DNA from: Octopus vulgaris
Lineage: Eukaryota
Direction of reading: 5' to 3'
Length of the DNA stretch: 64,000 nt
Assembly (NCBI GenBank): GCA_951406725.2
Contig: OX597834.1
Coordinates: 16,368,001-16,432,000 of the forward strand
The notes beneath the pieces were generated by a model. That model worked only from the letters and a program-made list of their open reading frames with translations. It searched no databases and was not told the origin of the DNA. This document shows positions 23,880-38,042 of this stretch, piece after piece (the stretch's first letter is position 1; the number at the start of each line of letters is the position of its first letter). Made by a program: the position numbers and the translations under genes.

Positions 23880-25040
23880 CGAATCTGTATCTTTGTGGTA
23901 CCAGTGCCGGTGGCACACACTTTGTGGTACCAGTGCTGGTGGCACACAAGAGAACCATCCGAATGTGGCCGTAGCCAGTTCCGCATCGACCGGCCTCCGT
24001 GCTGTGGGCATGTAACAAACACCATCCGATCATGGCCGTTCGCCAGCCTCATCTGGCACCTGTGTCGGTGGCACATAAAAACACCTTCCGAAGACCCGGC
24101 AAGACTAGTCAGTCCACCTGTGCATACCTTCCTCTTGTGACACTTGTGAAGACCGGTTGAGGCAAGTGAAAATCAAATCAAATCAAATCAAAATAGACAA
24201 AATAGATGAACATCAATGGAATTTGTATCTTGTGGTACCAGTGCCTGTGGTACCAGTGCCTGTGGCACACAAGAAATCCATCAGTGCTGTAGTCAGTGCG
24301 GTGGGCACATGACAAACACCATCCGATCGTGGCCGTTCGCCAGCCTCATCTAGCACCTGTGTCGGTGGCACATAAAAACACCATCCGAAGACCCGGCAAG
24401 ACTAGTCAGGCCATAACCCATGGCCCCTACCTGGGACGTAGTCAGTCCACCTGTGCATACCTTCCTTCTTGTGACACTTGTGAAGACCTGTTGAGGCAAG
24501 TGAAAATCAAATCAAAACAAATCAAAATAGATGAACATCAATGGAATTTGTATCCTTGTGGTACCAGTGCCGGTGGTACCAGTGCCGGTGGCACGTGGCA
24601 CACGAGAAAACCATCCGAACGTGGCCGTAGCCAGTACCGCATCGACTGGCCTCCGTGCTGTGGGCACGTAACAAGCACCATCCGATCGTGGCCGTTTTGC
24701 CAGCCTCATCTGGCACCTGTGTCGGTGGCACATAAAAACACCATCCGAGCGTGGCCGTCTGCCAGCCTCGTCTGGCACCTGTGTCGGTGGCACATAAAAA
24801 ACACCATCCGAGCGTGGCCGTTTGCCAGCCTCGTCTGGCACCTGTGTCGGTGGCACATAAAATCACCCACTACACTCTCGGAGTGGTTGGCGTTAGGAAG
24901 GGCATCCAGCTGTAGAAACACTGCCAGATCTGACTGGACTGGTGCAGCTTTCGGGCTCCCCAGACCCCAGTTGAACCGTCCAACCCATGCTAGCATGGAA
25001 AGCGGACGTTAAATGATGATGATGATGATGATGATGATGA
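23880..25040 (+). mobile_element. Family E / RTE 3'UTR with internal tandem duplications and long (GAT)n tail
   Basis: Repeated blocks accatccga...gccagcctc...ggcacctgtgtcggtggcacataaaaa, ending ggacgttaaatgatgatgat. Confidence 0.85.
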
Positions 25041-25060
25041 TATACACACACACACACAAA

Positions 25061-25257
25061 AAAAGTTCCTAGCTTTGGGTAAAAGAAAATACAGGAGGAT
25101 CAGTTAATTATGATTTTATTCAACATATTCCTTCCTCAGATTCACACACTTATTGCAGCAGTCCTTCAGTTTTTCTAAACCCTGTAAAAGAACTCAGAAG
25201 GTTGAGGCTCCAACCAGGCCTTTCACAGTACCCTTAAAGCTAGGAACTTTTCAGCAC
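25061..25257 (-). mobile_element. Mariner-derived MITE / deletion derivative
   Basis: Inverted termini aaaagttcctagcttt-gggta and taccct-taaagctaggaactttt. Internal minus translation GLEKLKDCCNKCVNLRKEYVE* resembles the mariner transposase C-terminus. Confidence 0.75.
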
Positions 25258-26397
25258 ACACATCCCCCTCGCAATCATCGTCATTGTTTTAATACCCGTT
25301 TTTCCATAGGTCCAATGGTCAGATGGAATTTGCCAGGGCAGATTTTCTACAGCTGGATGCCCTTCCTGTCACCAACCCTCGCTCATTTCCAAATAAGGTA
25401 ATATTTCCCCATGACCAGAAATTATTTTTTTTTTACAAAATACTGAAAACGAACACGTGCTCTTCATTACAACAATCACATAATGTCAAGACAAGGGTGC
25501 ACAGGAGTATACAAGAAAGTGAAGGAGGAAGAGGAGGAGGAGGGAGGAGGAGAAAAAAAGGAGGAGTAGGAGGAGGCAAAGATGGCTAAGAAGACAGTGA
25601 AGAAAGAAAGAAAAGGAGATGGTGGAGGAAATAAACAAGGTGAAGAAATTGAAGGTGGTGGTGTAGGCGGCGGCGGTAGCGGTGGTGGCAGTGGTGGTGG
25701 TGGTGGTGGTGGTGGTGGCAGTGAAGATGATGTGGAAGGTGAAACTAGATAAAAGTAACGATGTTGTTGTCGATGTTTATTTCTCCAGAGGGCAGCAACC
25801 CCCACTGATCACACAGACTTCTGATCAAAGGGTATTCCAGCCATGACCAGCCATTGTCATAACTGAAATCTCTTTGATCATGTTTTCAAAACAGACATGT
25901 TGTACAGTTCACCCACCACCACCACCACCACCACCACCACCCGCACACATTCAGCATTGCCATGACCACCACCCACCACCCGGCACCAGACCCCCCACCC
26001 CCCCACCCCTGTGAGATAAAATTGACACTATTCTCTTAACGGCTGATAGTACATTATTTACTTGTATACTCAAAATTTACTGCTTAAAGTCTATATAACT
26101 TATTAATGTCTTTCGTGTTTGTGGGAGGATGGGTGGATGGGTGTCCGGGTATGTGTGTGTGTGTGATTAAGTTTGTTAGTAAGCATGCCTATGCGTGTGT
26201 ATGTGTGTGTGTGTGTATATGCATGTACATGTGTATGTAGGTATACAAAGTGTACATGTGCTCATGGGTGTGATTATGGTTGTATGCAAACATGTAATAT
26301 GTGTATATATTTATGCATAAGTACAAGTGTGTGTATGCATACAGACACATGTAAATGAGTGTATGTATGTGTATATATAAATATATGTATGTATGTG

Positions 26398-26500
<103 letters not shown>

Positions 26501-27821
26501 ATATATATATATATACACACACACAAAGTGAATACATGTGTATATATATGCATGTCTATATTTATGTCTGTTGTACTTATGTATAAATACATGCATACAC
26601 GTATATATAAATATACATACACACACACACACGTGTGTATGTGTATGTAAATGAATATAAATACAGCTATGTATGTGTATGCATGGGGATGCATGGTAGT
26701 GGCGTTGTGTAATATGGGTGATGCGATGCCTCCACTGCAGTACTGCTTGCAGGTCCTCTTGTTCACAGCACACTGCCACAATGTGAGACACGACATGATG
26801 CTGGAAGCTGCCTGGCATACGAGTTATCCATGCCTGTACACATCCACCACATGTCCAACATTAACAACCAGGCCTCTCCATGACCACAATTAACTCAATG
26901 CAGTGTGGCACTGGCTCAACTTGTTGGGAGATTTCAGAGCAATTGTAGGTCTGAAAGACAGTTTGCAGGCCCACTCTGCTGAATATACCTTGGTACCGTA
27001 CTACCGTACCTGATGGCATAAACCTGTAGTTTTCAATCAGAGTCCATATGACCCATGGTGAAGATGATCATATAAGGTTTTGTCATTTGACTGTGGCCAT
27101 GCTGGAGCACCGCCTTTTGTCGAGCAAATCGACACCAGGACTTATTCTTTGTAAGCCTAGTACTTATTCTATCGGTCTCCTTTGCCAAACCACTAAGTTA
27201 CAGGGATGTAAACACACCAGCATCGGTTGTCAAGCGATGTTGGGAGGGGGACAAACAAAGACGAACATAGTCACACACACACACACACATATATATATAT
27301 ACGATGAGCTTCTTTCAGTTTCCATCTGCCAAATCCACTCACACGGCTTTGGTTGGCCTGAGGCTATAGAAGAAGACACTTGCCCAAGGTGCCATGCAGT
27401 GGGACTGAACCCGGAACCATGTGGTTCGTAAGCAAGGTACTTACCACACAGCCACTCCTACGCCTATACAATAAATTGGATTTATTTCTACAATACATAA
27501 AATATTTTAGCAAACAGGTGTTCATGCTGGTGCCACGTAAAAGCACCCAGTACGCTTTGTGGAAGAGATGGTGTTAGGTAGGGCACCCAGCCATAGAAAC
27601 CATGCCAAAACAGAGGGCTGAGGCCAGGTGCAGCCATCCAGCTTGCCAGCTTCAGTCAAACCATCCAACTCATACCAGCATGGAGAAGGGACATTAAATG
27701 ATGATGATAATCATCATCATCATCATTATCATCATCATAATGAACATATCAAACAAGGCTAACTAAAAGTTTGAAAATAAGCATGAACATTTCAGACAAA
27801 CTTATGAAATGCATTTGGACA

Positions 27822-28201
27822 AGTCATCATCATTATTCGACCATAGTCGAGACGATGGAATTTACCATGCTACGCCAGACTTCACGGTCCATCATAGCAT
27901 TACGGAGGTCCTGTTGCTGGATGCTTGTATCCCTGGAGATTACATCAGGGTAGGAGAGTGTGCGCCCTCTGGTATCGCAGGTAGATGGCTTCCAGAGGAG
28001 AAGAGTAGAAATTGCCTCGTTTTCAGCTCTACAACAATGTCCAGCAAACTGGACTCTCCTACCTTTCACAAGAGATGACACAGGCGGTAGTTTCCCATAT
28101 ATTTGCATTTCGGTTGGATGACTCTTCCACGAGAGATTTTGAGCTCTCATAAGGAGGCGAGTGTAGGTTCCATCCAACCACCTCTCAGGCTTCTTTGACA
28201 A
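27822..28201 (-). mobile_element. Well-preserved 5'-truncated RTE LINE (C-terminal ORF and short TGA-repeat tail)
   Basis: ORF 27833..28201 LDGTYTRLLMRAQNLSW...RRVQFAGHCCR...LLWKP...RGR. The same family occurs at 37511-37768 and 41770-42110. Confidence 0.9.
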
Positions 28202-28224
28202 GTAAAAGAGCGATCAATACCTGA

Positions 28225-28590
28225 AAATATTACAGGTGAGTCATAGGACAGTAACAGCAGGAAGAGAAGCACAGACAGCAAGATCTTTATTACAAAGTAG
28301 TGTCGAGAGAAATGCAGGAAGCAACTTCAGAATCTGTCCATTGGATTTATGGATTTGTCAAAAGCTACTGATAATGTAATCAAGGAACTTCTGTGGGATG
28401 TTCTCAGATACTTTGGTTGCCTACCAAACTTTGTGAATCTCCTCCAACATGTCTGTATACAGCTGTTGGCTTGAGTTGTTATTGGAAAAGCAGAAAGCTT
28501 AAGCCCTTTAGTATTAAGATAGGGGTTAGGTAAGGATGACAGTTAACTGCTGTACTTTTTCACAGTTTCCTTAATTGTGTGACTACAATG
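28225..28590 (+). mobile_element. Degenerate RTE reverse-transcriptase fragment
   Basis: Translation RSTDSKIFITK*CREKCRKQLQNLSIGFMDLSKATDNVIKELLWDVLRYFGCLPNFVNLL matches the RT motif EKCRE...FIDLxKAFDxV...LW. Confidence 0.8.
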
Positions 28591-29037
28591 TTCATCATCA
28601 TCATCATTTAACGTCCGTTTTCCATGCTAGCATGGGTTGGACAATTTGACTGAGGTCTGGCAAACCAGACTCCAATCTGATCTGGCAGAGTTTCTACAGC
28701 TGGATGCCCTTCCTAACGCCAACCACTCCGAGAGTGTAGTGGGTGCTTTTACGTGCCACCGGCACGAGGGCCAGTTTGATGGTACTGGCAATGGCCATGC
28801 TCAAATGGTGCTTTTTATGTGCCACCTGCACAGGAGCCAGTCCAGCGGGCACTGGCAACAACCTCGCTCAAATGTTTTTTTTCTTTTTTTTATACTTAAG
28901 AATAGAAAATATGAAGAGCATCACTATTAACGTTGAGGAACCTCTATAATATAGGAAACACAGGAAGAGTGCAGGTCACCACTGAGCTTAGATCTTAACA
29001 CATCTTTGAGCCCTAGATTTGAACTTACAATTAAACT

Positions 29038-29373
29038 GAAGCAAACTAATAATGAACTTTCTTCATCAATCATCAAAGTCAAACTTTCAACTCATTGTCT
29101 TTCCATTAGAGAAGAGAAAAAAAAGGAGAAAGAATACTTGACTTCCAGATAGGTAGATTGTCGAGAAAATATGGTTAAGTGTCTTGCCTAAGGAAGCTAT
29201 TGTAACTAAAGCAAACTGATAACGAGCTTTGTTCATCGATTATCAAGAGTCAACCTCAAATCCAATGTCATTCCATTACAGAAGGGAAAAAAAAGTGGAA
29301 CAAATACCCAACTTCAGATAGGCAGATTAGAGAAAGTATAGTTAAGTGTCTTGCCTAAGGAAGCTGCTGTAAC
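29038..29373. repeat. Diverged tandem duplication of about 170 bp
   Basis: Two units aagcaaact...ttccatta...cagatagg...gttaagtgtcttgcctaaggaagct..tgtaac. Confidence 0.8.
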
Positions 29374-29547
29374 AGCAGTGATGGAGTTAACGTCACCATT
29401 GATGAGACAAAACATGAAAACATTACCAGGTTATATCGTACATTAATCATGTCATGTGACATACAATTTTTACCGTTAACGATAATTCTATGCAGATGAA
29501 ATAAAAGAAAACAATATATTGAATTTAAAAACAAAAACACAGCTTAC

Positions 29548-29593
29548 CATTGTAGAGGGAGCCACCTTCTGCATATTCCATCACCAAACATAC
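29548..29593 (-). CDS. MAP3K7: MAP3K7/TAK1 kinase-domain exon, 46 nt (equivalent to human exon 4): VCLVMEYAEGGSLYN + G
   Basis: Minus strand reads ttcattctag|GTATGTTTGGTGATGGAATATGCAGAAGGTGGCTCCCTCTACAATG|gtaagc. The peptide matches the TAK1 hinge/gatekeeper region as I recall it. The phase-1 end joins the next exon (G+TT = Val). Too short for the ORF track. Confidence 0.95.
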
Positions 29594-29714
29594 CTAGAAT
29601 GAATCCAAAATAATTTCAACTTTAAAATATTGATTTCTCACATGGATATAATGCAATAATAAATAAATAGTTGTGAGAGTGTGGAATTAAGTGACTTTGC
29701 TATGATAAAAGGAG

Positions 29715-30231
29715 TGAAAAGGTAAAGTTGCCCTTCGGTCATGAATGACCATGGGACTGAACCTAGAAAGTTCCCCTCCGAGGCACAAGTCCGGGGCAAG
29801 ACTAACAGTCGCCCATGCATACCAGCCTACCCTCTCCATGCCGCTAATGTTATCCAAGGGAAAGGCAAAGACCAGTGATGTCGCAACTCATTTCTACAGA
29901 TAAGTGAATGGAAGCAATGTGAAATAAAACGTCTTGCTCAAAAGCACAACACACAGCCTGGTCCAGGAATTTAACTCACTACCTCATGCACTTCGCATTG
30001 TTTTACACTTCAAATGATGCCACCCCACTGGCTAAGTGAGCAAGCAAACAGAAGAGTGAGAGAAAGTTGTGGCGAAAGAGTACAGCAGGGATCGCCACCC
30101 CCCCTTGCTGGAGCCTCATGGAGCTTTAAGTGTTTTTGCTCAATAAACACTCACAACGCCTGGTCTGGGAATAGAAACCGCGATCCTACAACCACAAGAC
30201 CCCTGCCCTAATCACTGGGCCATTGCGTTTC

Positions 30232-30233
<2 letters not shown>
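29715..30233 (-). mobile_element. Adjacent SINE family C and family D copies, reverse orientation
   Basis: Reverse complements of 54508-54847 and 59009-59293. Confidence 0.8.
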
Positions 30234-30271
<38 letters not shown>

Positions 30272-33200
30272 CTCTTTTACTTGTTTCAGTCATTTGACTG
30301 CGGCCATGCTGGAGCACCGCCTTTTGTCGAGCAAATCGACCCCGGGACTTATTCTTTGTAAGCCCAGTACTTACTCTATCGGTCTCTTTTGCCGAACCGC
30401 TAAGTTATGGGGACTTAAACACACCAGTATCGGTTGTCAAGTGATGTTGGGGGGACAAACACAGACACACAAACATACACACACACACACACACATACAT
30501 ATATATAAATATATATATACATATACACGACAGACTTCTTTCAGTTTCCGTCTACCCCAAATCCACTCAGAAGGCTTTGATCGGCCCAAGGATATAGTAA
30601 AAGATACTTGCCCAAGGTGCCACACAGTGGGACTGAACCCGAAACCATGTGGTTGGTAAGCAAGCTATTTCCCACAGAGCCACTCCTGAGCCTATATACA
30701 TATATATATATATATACACACATACATACATGTTGGTGAAATATATATAATATATATATGACTTGAAATAGAACTCTAAGCTGTAACTACACACACACAG
30801 AATGACCAATTAGTAACTTGGCCATTTATTCATCCATCTGAAATATCCACCTCATCCATCTTGCCGCCAACATCTGCTCAGGATGGCCATTATTCAGCTT
30901 GGGTTTTAGGTAAGTTTGTTTGGCTTCTTCTTCTTCTTCTCCTTTATCTTCTTCTTCTTCTTCTTCCACCGCAACAGCCTCCACCCCACCCACCGCCCGT
31001 CTCAACCACGTTCGGTGTTGTTGTCGGCATGCTAACCTCTTTGGCTCGACAACTCTATTAATAAACATAACATACAAGCCTCGAAGACATATTTCCCAAT
31101 AAATGGCAGAGGTCGTTTTCCAAAATGGAAAATATTAGCGTTTAAATTTAAAATTTATAGCTTTCGCACCATTGTAGGAATCGTACGATGTATTAAATAC
31201 TCACACACACACACACACAAGAATACGCATACACGTACTCACAGACAACTACATATACACACACACACAAACATATATACATGCACACATTTTCTAGAAT
31301 TACTTTAACTTGCCATAAATCCTTTAAGAAATAAATTCAAACATGAACAGGTTTATTTGTTTTTATTTTTATTACCGCTTTTTTTTTTTTTAGTTTATTT
31401 TTTATAATTTCAAAAAAAAATTTTTTTTTGTTTTTTAAATTCATGTTTTTATTATTTTTGTTTGGATTATTTTTTTCTCTCTCTGTGCGTGTGTGTGTGT
31501 GTATGTGTATGATATCGGCTGTTGTCTTTCATATTGAGAAAAATTCATTAATCACTTGAAAACATCTCAAGACTATATTTTTCTTTTTGCTTTTTTTTTA
31601 TTGTTGTTTTTTTGTTAACAAAAAACTTGCAAAAGTCTTGTTCAAAATTCATGAAATTCAGATAGCAATTAGATGGAAGGAAGAAAATAGCCCCTACCGA
31701 AATGAGAAGAAATCTAAAAGAAAACACACAAAAAAAAAAACCAACAAAACAACAAACAACCATATACATGTATTACAAACATACAAATACATACATAATA
31801 TATTTAAAAAATGAACTTTTCCTTGATTTTTAGGGGTTTCGTTTGTCTTTTATTTTGCTCATTATTGTTGTCTTAACATAGAATTTAACCATTTTATTCT
31901 TAAAACTTTTTTGGGTTTTTTTTTTTATATTTAATAATATTTAATTTTATTCTTCCATTGTATTTCAATTTATTGTATATTTATATATTTTATCTGTAGG
32001 GCCAGGGTGCACAAGGGATGGTTCTTATTGTTTTGTTATTGTGATTTTGTTGTTTTCGTGTTTTTCGATGGGCTAGTTTTTGTTTTTGATTTTTGTTCTT
32101 GCATTTATCTTTTTTGTTTTGTTTTTTTTTTTATTTTTGCGATTTGTGCAAAAGGAAGGAGATGGAAGACAAGCAGGAAGGAAGGAAGGAAGGCCAGTTT
32201 GAATGAATTACAATCTAAAATGGTAGAGAGATTTGAGTAACGCAAGTAATTTAATTGTTAAAAACTAACAAAACCTGCAAGTCTCCAAAAAGGCGTTAAG
32301 TTTGCGTGCAAGTGTGCATTTGTGGTAGCAGTGTGTGAGTATGAGCATGTGTGTGTGTGTAAGTGCTTGCATGTGTATGTGTGTGCGTGTGTGAGCTTGT
32401 GCATACAAACATGTATAAATGCGCATGTGTGTGTGAGCGTGTCTATGTTTCGTTTCCTGCAAAATCAGAATTGTATATTTTGGGAAAAATTTTCATATTT
32501 AATTGAATTACAAAATATCAAACAAAACAAAAGACCAAATGTCCTCTTGGCTCTAAATAAATAAATAGGCAAACAAAAATGATGATGATGATGATGATGA
32601 TTTCAAATTTTGGAATAAGGCCTGTAATTTCAAGGGAGAGAGTAAGTCGATTACATCAACACCAAAAGGAAGAAAGGCAAAAATCAACCTCAGCAGAATT
32701 TGAACTCACAACGTAAAGATGTAAAAAAATGCCACTAAGCATTTTCTCTGGTGTGCTAATGGATTATGCTAGCTTGCTGCCTGAGGTCCTTGTTGCAACT
32801 TGACAGACAGTACAAACCCCTTGTAGACACAATATCTTCAACCATCATCATAATCATCATCATTTAGCGTCCGCTTTCCATGCTAGCATGGGTTGGATGG
32901 TTCGACCAGGGTCAGGAAAGCCAGGAGGCTGCGCCAGGCTCCAGTCTGATCTGGCAGTGTTTCTACAGCTGGATGCCCTTCCTAACACCAACCACTCTGT
33001 GAGTGTAGTGGGTACTTTTTACGTGCCACCGGCACAGGGGCCAGAGGGGGGCTGGCAAACGGCCACAGTCGGTTGGTGTTTTTATGTGTCACCGACACGG
33101 ACGCCAATCAGGCGGCACTGGCATCAGCCATGTTCAGATGGTGCTTTTTATGTGCCACTGGCACAGGTATCATAACTACAATTTCCATTTGATTTTTATT

Positions 33201-34819
33201 TTGATGTTGGTGTTGATGTACTTGACTCAATAGGTCTCCTCAAGCACAACGGGTCACTCTACGGTACAACGGGTCACTCTACGCACAACGGGTCGCATCA
33301 TGATATTGGATACTGTGTGATGTCTTAAATAATAATAATAATAATGGCCTCAAACATTGGCACAGAGCCAACAATTTCAGGGGAAAGGGTAAGTGGATTA
33401 CACTGACCCCAGTGCTCAACTGGTCTTTATTCTATTGACTCCAAAGGATGAAATGCAAAGTCAATCTTGGCAGAGTTTTAACTCAGAACACAAAGATGGA
33501 TGAATTGCCATCAAGCCATTTGCTCTGTATGCTAACAATTCTGCCAGCTCACCATTTTTTTCCAACACTCTAACGATTCTGCCAGTCCAGGGGCAAACCA
33601 CATGGATATAATTGTTAACCCTTCCATTACCATATTTTTTTATATTTCTGTCTTTCTGTTATACTCCATCCTCTCATCACCAGGCTCACAGCCACTTCCC
33701 TCCGTTCAACTCCCTCTCTCACTTTGAAAGGCCTTTGTCTAGCAAGCGACTAAAAAGCATCCAGTACAAGCTGTGAAAGGGTCAGCATTAGGAAGGGCAT
33801 CCAGCTGTAGAAACCCTACCGAAACAGAGACAAATGTACCTTGTGGGAGCTCTTTGGACTTGCCAGCTCCTGGCGAACTGTGCAACACATGCCAGCATGG
33901 AAAATCGACGTTAAATAGTGATGACAATGATGATGGCAATGACGATGATGATGGCAAGGATGATGACGATGATGACGATGACGACGATGATGATGATGAT
34001 GATGACACTGCCTTTGTTACAATTAATTTTTATAATAATGAAGACTGGAGTAAAATAACCGTCATCATTAATAATTGGCGTTTGGTGGTGCTCTAGTATG
34101 GCCACAGACAAATGACTGAAACAAGTAAAAGAGTAAAGAGTATACGAGGAAGGTGATGTATTAGGGAGAAGACGAAACTCCATGATGCGTATGGAAGATA
34201 ATAGCAGGGTACAGCAATGTCATGTGACCCAAAACGAAGAAACCTGCAGAAGAGGGAACACATGGGAAATGGTGGCGAATATTGATCTCATGAAGCTGAA
34301 CTTTGTGAGACAGATGACAAGTTTACATAAAATTCTGAACAGGACAGACCCGGGCAGGTTGACCTGGAGAGGCGTAAGGTACGAAATTTTTCTCTTAGTT
34401 TTCTGTTTGATAATTCAAATCAAATCCCTTCTGACCAAAAAACATCATCCACGAAGATGTCAAGAAACCATTAGAGGACAAGGATCATACAATTCCTGAC
34501 ATATATATCCACCACCAAATCTCTCTCGCTGTCTCTATCTATCTCTCTCTCTCTCTAAGTCTCTCTTTCTCTCCCTTCTTTTCCAACTAGAGTATCCTTG
34601 TATCTCTTCTACAGCAAGACGCCTATCTCTGTTCCCCCATTATTCTTTTCACCTCTCATCAACTGGCACCCAGCCACCCAACTCAATACTGGATCTGGCC
34701 AGTTCGAACATAAAACAAGCAGAATATTTAGACTAGATACAATCCATTTAAATGCTAAAAGGATGACATCTGTTTTTCATGCAGGCATGGGTTAGATGGT
34801 TTGACATGCTCTCAAACCA

Positions 34820-35030
34820 GAGGAAGTAACCAAGTAGGGACAGGTGGCAAAATTTAAAGAGATCCCTACTTCTGCTGACAACAAAGGGATTTCATCTTTC
34901 CATGTAAAGAAAAGATTGTCCATGAAGTACAATGTTGCATAAGAGTTAAATTATGGGTACTGAATGCAGAAGACATGGTAAAGAATTAAACAAAATGATA
35001 CAAACAGGATCAGCTGGATGTGTAATATTA
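34820..35030 (+). mobile_element. Old RTE LINE fragment
   Basis: Frameshifted pieces KFKE..LLTTKG...LWVLNAEDM...ISWMCNI typical of the RTE C-terminal region. Related downstream pieces (MRMEDNSRV...) at 34140-34320 and 35753-35950. Confidence 0.6.
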
Positions 35031-35324
35031 ACCCATTTACCACATATTTCTGGTCAGATATTTAATTACAACATAGTATAATTTTTTTTTGCAGTTTTAC
35101 AATATTTCATAATTAAACTTAAAAACTTAGTACTCATATTTAAATATTCTTGAAACCATGTCAAAGATACAGAAGAAAATATTTTCTCAAATTATGGGAA
35201 TGTGCCACTGGTGAGGCATATGGCATTTGTGTGAAGTTTGCGATGAACCACCAGTGGTAGATGTAGCAGTTTACATGTTAATGTGTATGAATTTGGAAAG
35301 AGAAATGAACTGAGAAAAAGATTG

Positions 35325-35484
35325 GGTAGGAGTGGCTGTGTGGTAAGTAGCTTGCTTACCAACCAGATGGCTCCAGGTTCAGTCCCACTGTGTGGAACCT
35401 TGGGCAAGTGTCTTCTACTATAGCCTCGGGTCAACCAAAGCCTTATGAGTGGATTTGGTAGATGAAAACTGAAAGAAGCCCGTC

Positions 35485-35519
<35 letters not shown>

Positions 35520-35752
35520 TGTGTGTGTGTGTGTGTATATGTTTGTGTGTCCGTGTTTGTCCCCCCAAACATCGTTTGACAACAGATGCTGGTGTGTTTA
35601 CGTCCCCGTAACTTAACGGTTTGGCAAAAGAGACTAAATACAAGGCTTACAAAGAATAAGTCCTGGGGGCGATTTGCTTGACTAAAAGGCGGTGCTCCAG
35701 CATGGCCACAGTCAAATGACTGAAACAAGTAAAAGAGTAAAAGAGTAAAGAG
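35325..35752 (+). mobile_element. SINE family A
   Basis: Matches the family consensus. Further plus copies at about 51985-52382, 52804-53128 and 63626-64000. Confidence 0.9.
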
Positions 35753-36289
35753 TATACGAGGAAAGTGATGTAGTAGGGAGAAGACAAAACTTCATGATGC
35801 GTATGGAAGATAATAGCAGGGTACAGCTATGTCATGTGACCCGAAACGAAGAAACCTGCAGAAGAGGAACACATGGGAAATGGTGGTGAAGATTGATCTC
35901 ATGAAGCTGAACTTCGTGAGACAGATGACGACAATCCAGAACACATGGAAAGATAAGACCTATCCGACTCATGTGATCGTAGAAAAACCCATGTAACTAT
36001 AATGATGATGATATGCAAACACACACACACACACACACACACATACACATATCTACACACATACAAATATTCCTAAATATGGCTATAAGTGCGCACGTTA
36101 AAAAAACAAATCCAAAATTGGCAACGAGAAGGATTATTTATCTACGTACATATCCGTGTATATGCGTACACATACATACCTATATAAGCATACATACCCC
36201 CCATACACACAACACATAACAATATATATCCCTATATGTGTGTGTTGTGTATGTATGCTTATATATGAGTCTGTGAAAGTTGTTTGTAC

Positions 36290-36353
<64 letters not shown>

Positions 36354-36773
36354 ATGTATGTATGTTTTAAGACACCAGCACACACACACCTATTCTTGTA
36401 AGACGATGGTGAATCACAATAAATTAACCTCTTTCTTTTTCTTCCTCACATGATAATCCCAAATAAGCATAAACCGCCATAATAATAATAATAATAATAA
36501 TCGACATGGTGGATAATAAACAAAAGCAAAACACAATCCAGAAAGAATATCTGCCATATTCTGTAGAGAAATGTCATTCACAATGACGAGATTTCATTGC
36601 AAGAGTTAGTTCTTTGTGATATCTGCTTTAGTTTAGACAAATAATACAAAATATTCAAATTTTAAAATGCACACATACACACAAGCGCAAATATAATGCA
36701 ATATAACACAAATAACAAAAATCAATAACAAATATTTTTTTTTTTAATTATACAAAGTAAAACATTATTATTA

Positions 36774-36813
<40 letters not shown>

Positions 36814-38042
36814 CTTTTATTTTCTCAGTTTTTCAATTTAAGCATATTCAATTCCGAAACTTTAAAACAGTCTTGTTTTGCTGTAAAAATCCTTCGTTTC
36901 TAACTTTGGGTTTTTTTTTTTTTTTTTTTTTTTGGAAAATGAAAAGAATGATAATTTTTGGTTTGGAATATTCAGATTTTTGTTTAATTATGTATTTTAT
37001 TAATTATTGTTTATTTTCTTCCATTTTATTTTTTTTATATATTTTTACTAAAGCTGCCCCTCCCACCGCCACCACCACACCAACCCAACATCGTCCACCC
37101 CCACCCGTCAACCGAAAATGCTGAAGTAGAAAATGTCACATAAATATTAAAATGAACACCGAAATACTAGCTCACTTTCCCCTTTCAAGAGACCTGAAGC
37201 AACCCACCTGTGCCACCAAAATAAGAAAAGGAGAAAAGCTTCCTAAACTAACAACATATTTATGTTTAATCATGTGGCTAAGAAATTCAGTTCTCAATCA
37301 CATGCTACATGGTTTTATAATGTCGTTGCATTCTGAGTTCAAACTCCGCCAAGATCAACTTCGCCTTTCGTCTTCTCGGGGTCGATAATTTAAGTACCAG
37401 TTGCATACTGGGGTCAATGTAATCGAGTTGATCCCTTCTCCCAAATCGTCTGGCACCCCTCCACTCCCCAAAAATTTTGGGCTTTGTGTCTAGAGTAGAA
37501 AAGAAGAATAGTTCATCATCATCATCATTGTTCGATCGTGGTCAAGACAATGGAATTTACCATGCTACGCCAGACTTCACGGTCCATCATGGTATTACGG
37601 AGGTCCTGTTGCTGGATGCCTGCATCCCTGGAGATTACATCAGGGTAGGAGAGTGTGCGCCCTCTGGTATTGCGAGTAGATGGCTTCCAGAGGAGAAGAG
37701 TAGAAATTGCCTCTTTTTCAGCTCTACAACAATGTCCAGCAAACTGGACTCTCTTACCTTTCACAAGAATAGTTAGCACACCAGGTGAAATGCTAAGCGG
37801 TACTTCATCTGCTGCTACGTTCAGCGTTCAAATTCTGCCGAGGTTGACTTTGCCTTTCATCCTTTCAAGATCGATTAAATAAGTACCAGTTACACACTAG
37901 GGGTCAATGTAATCGAGTTAATCCCTTCTCCCAAATTTTAGGACTTGTGTTTCCAGTAGAAAGGATTATTTAGACCACTTTAAAACAGTAAATTTATGTC
38001 ACGGAGCCTAGGCGGTCTCAGGCGGGTGGTATCAAAAGGGTA

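Noticed and set aside
33245-33295. About 20-bp triplication acaacgggtcactctacg
   Set aside because: Small slippage at the truncated end of a family E copy, with no further structure.
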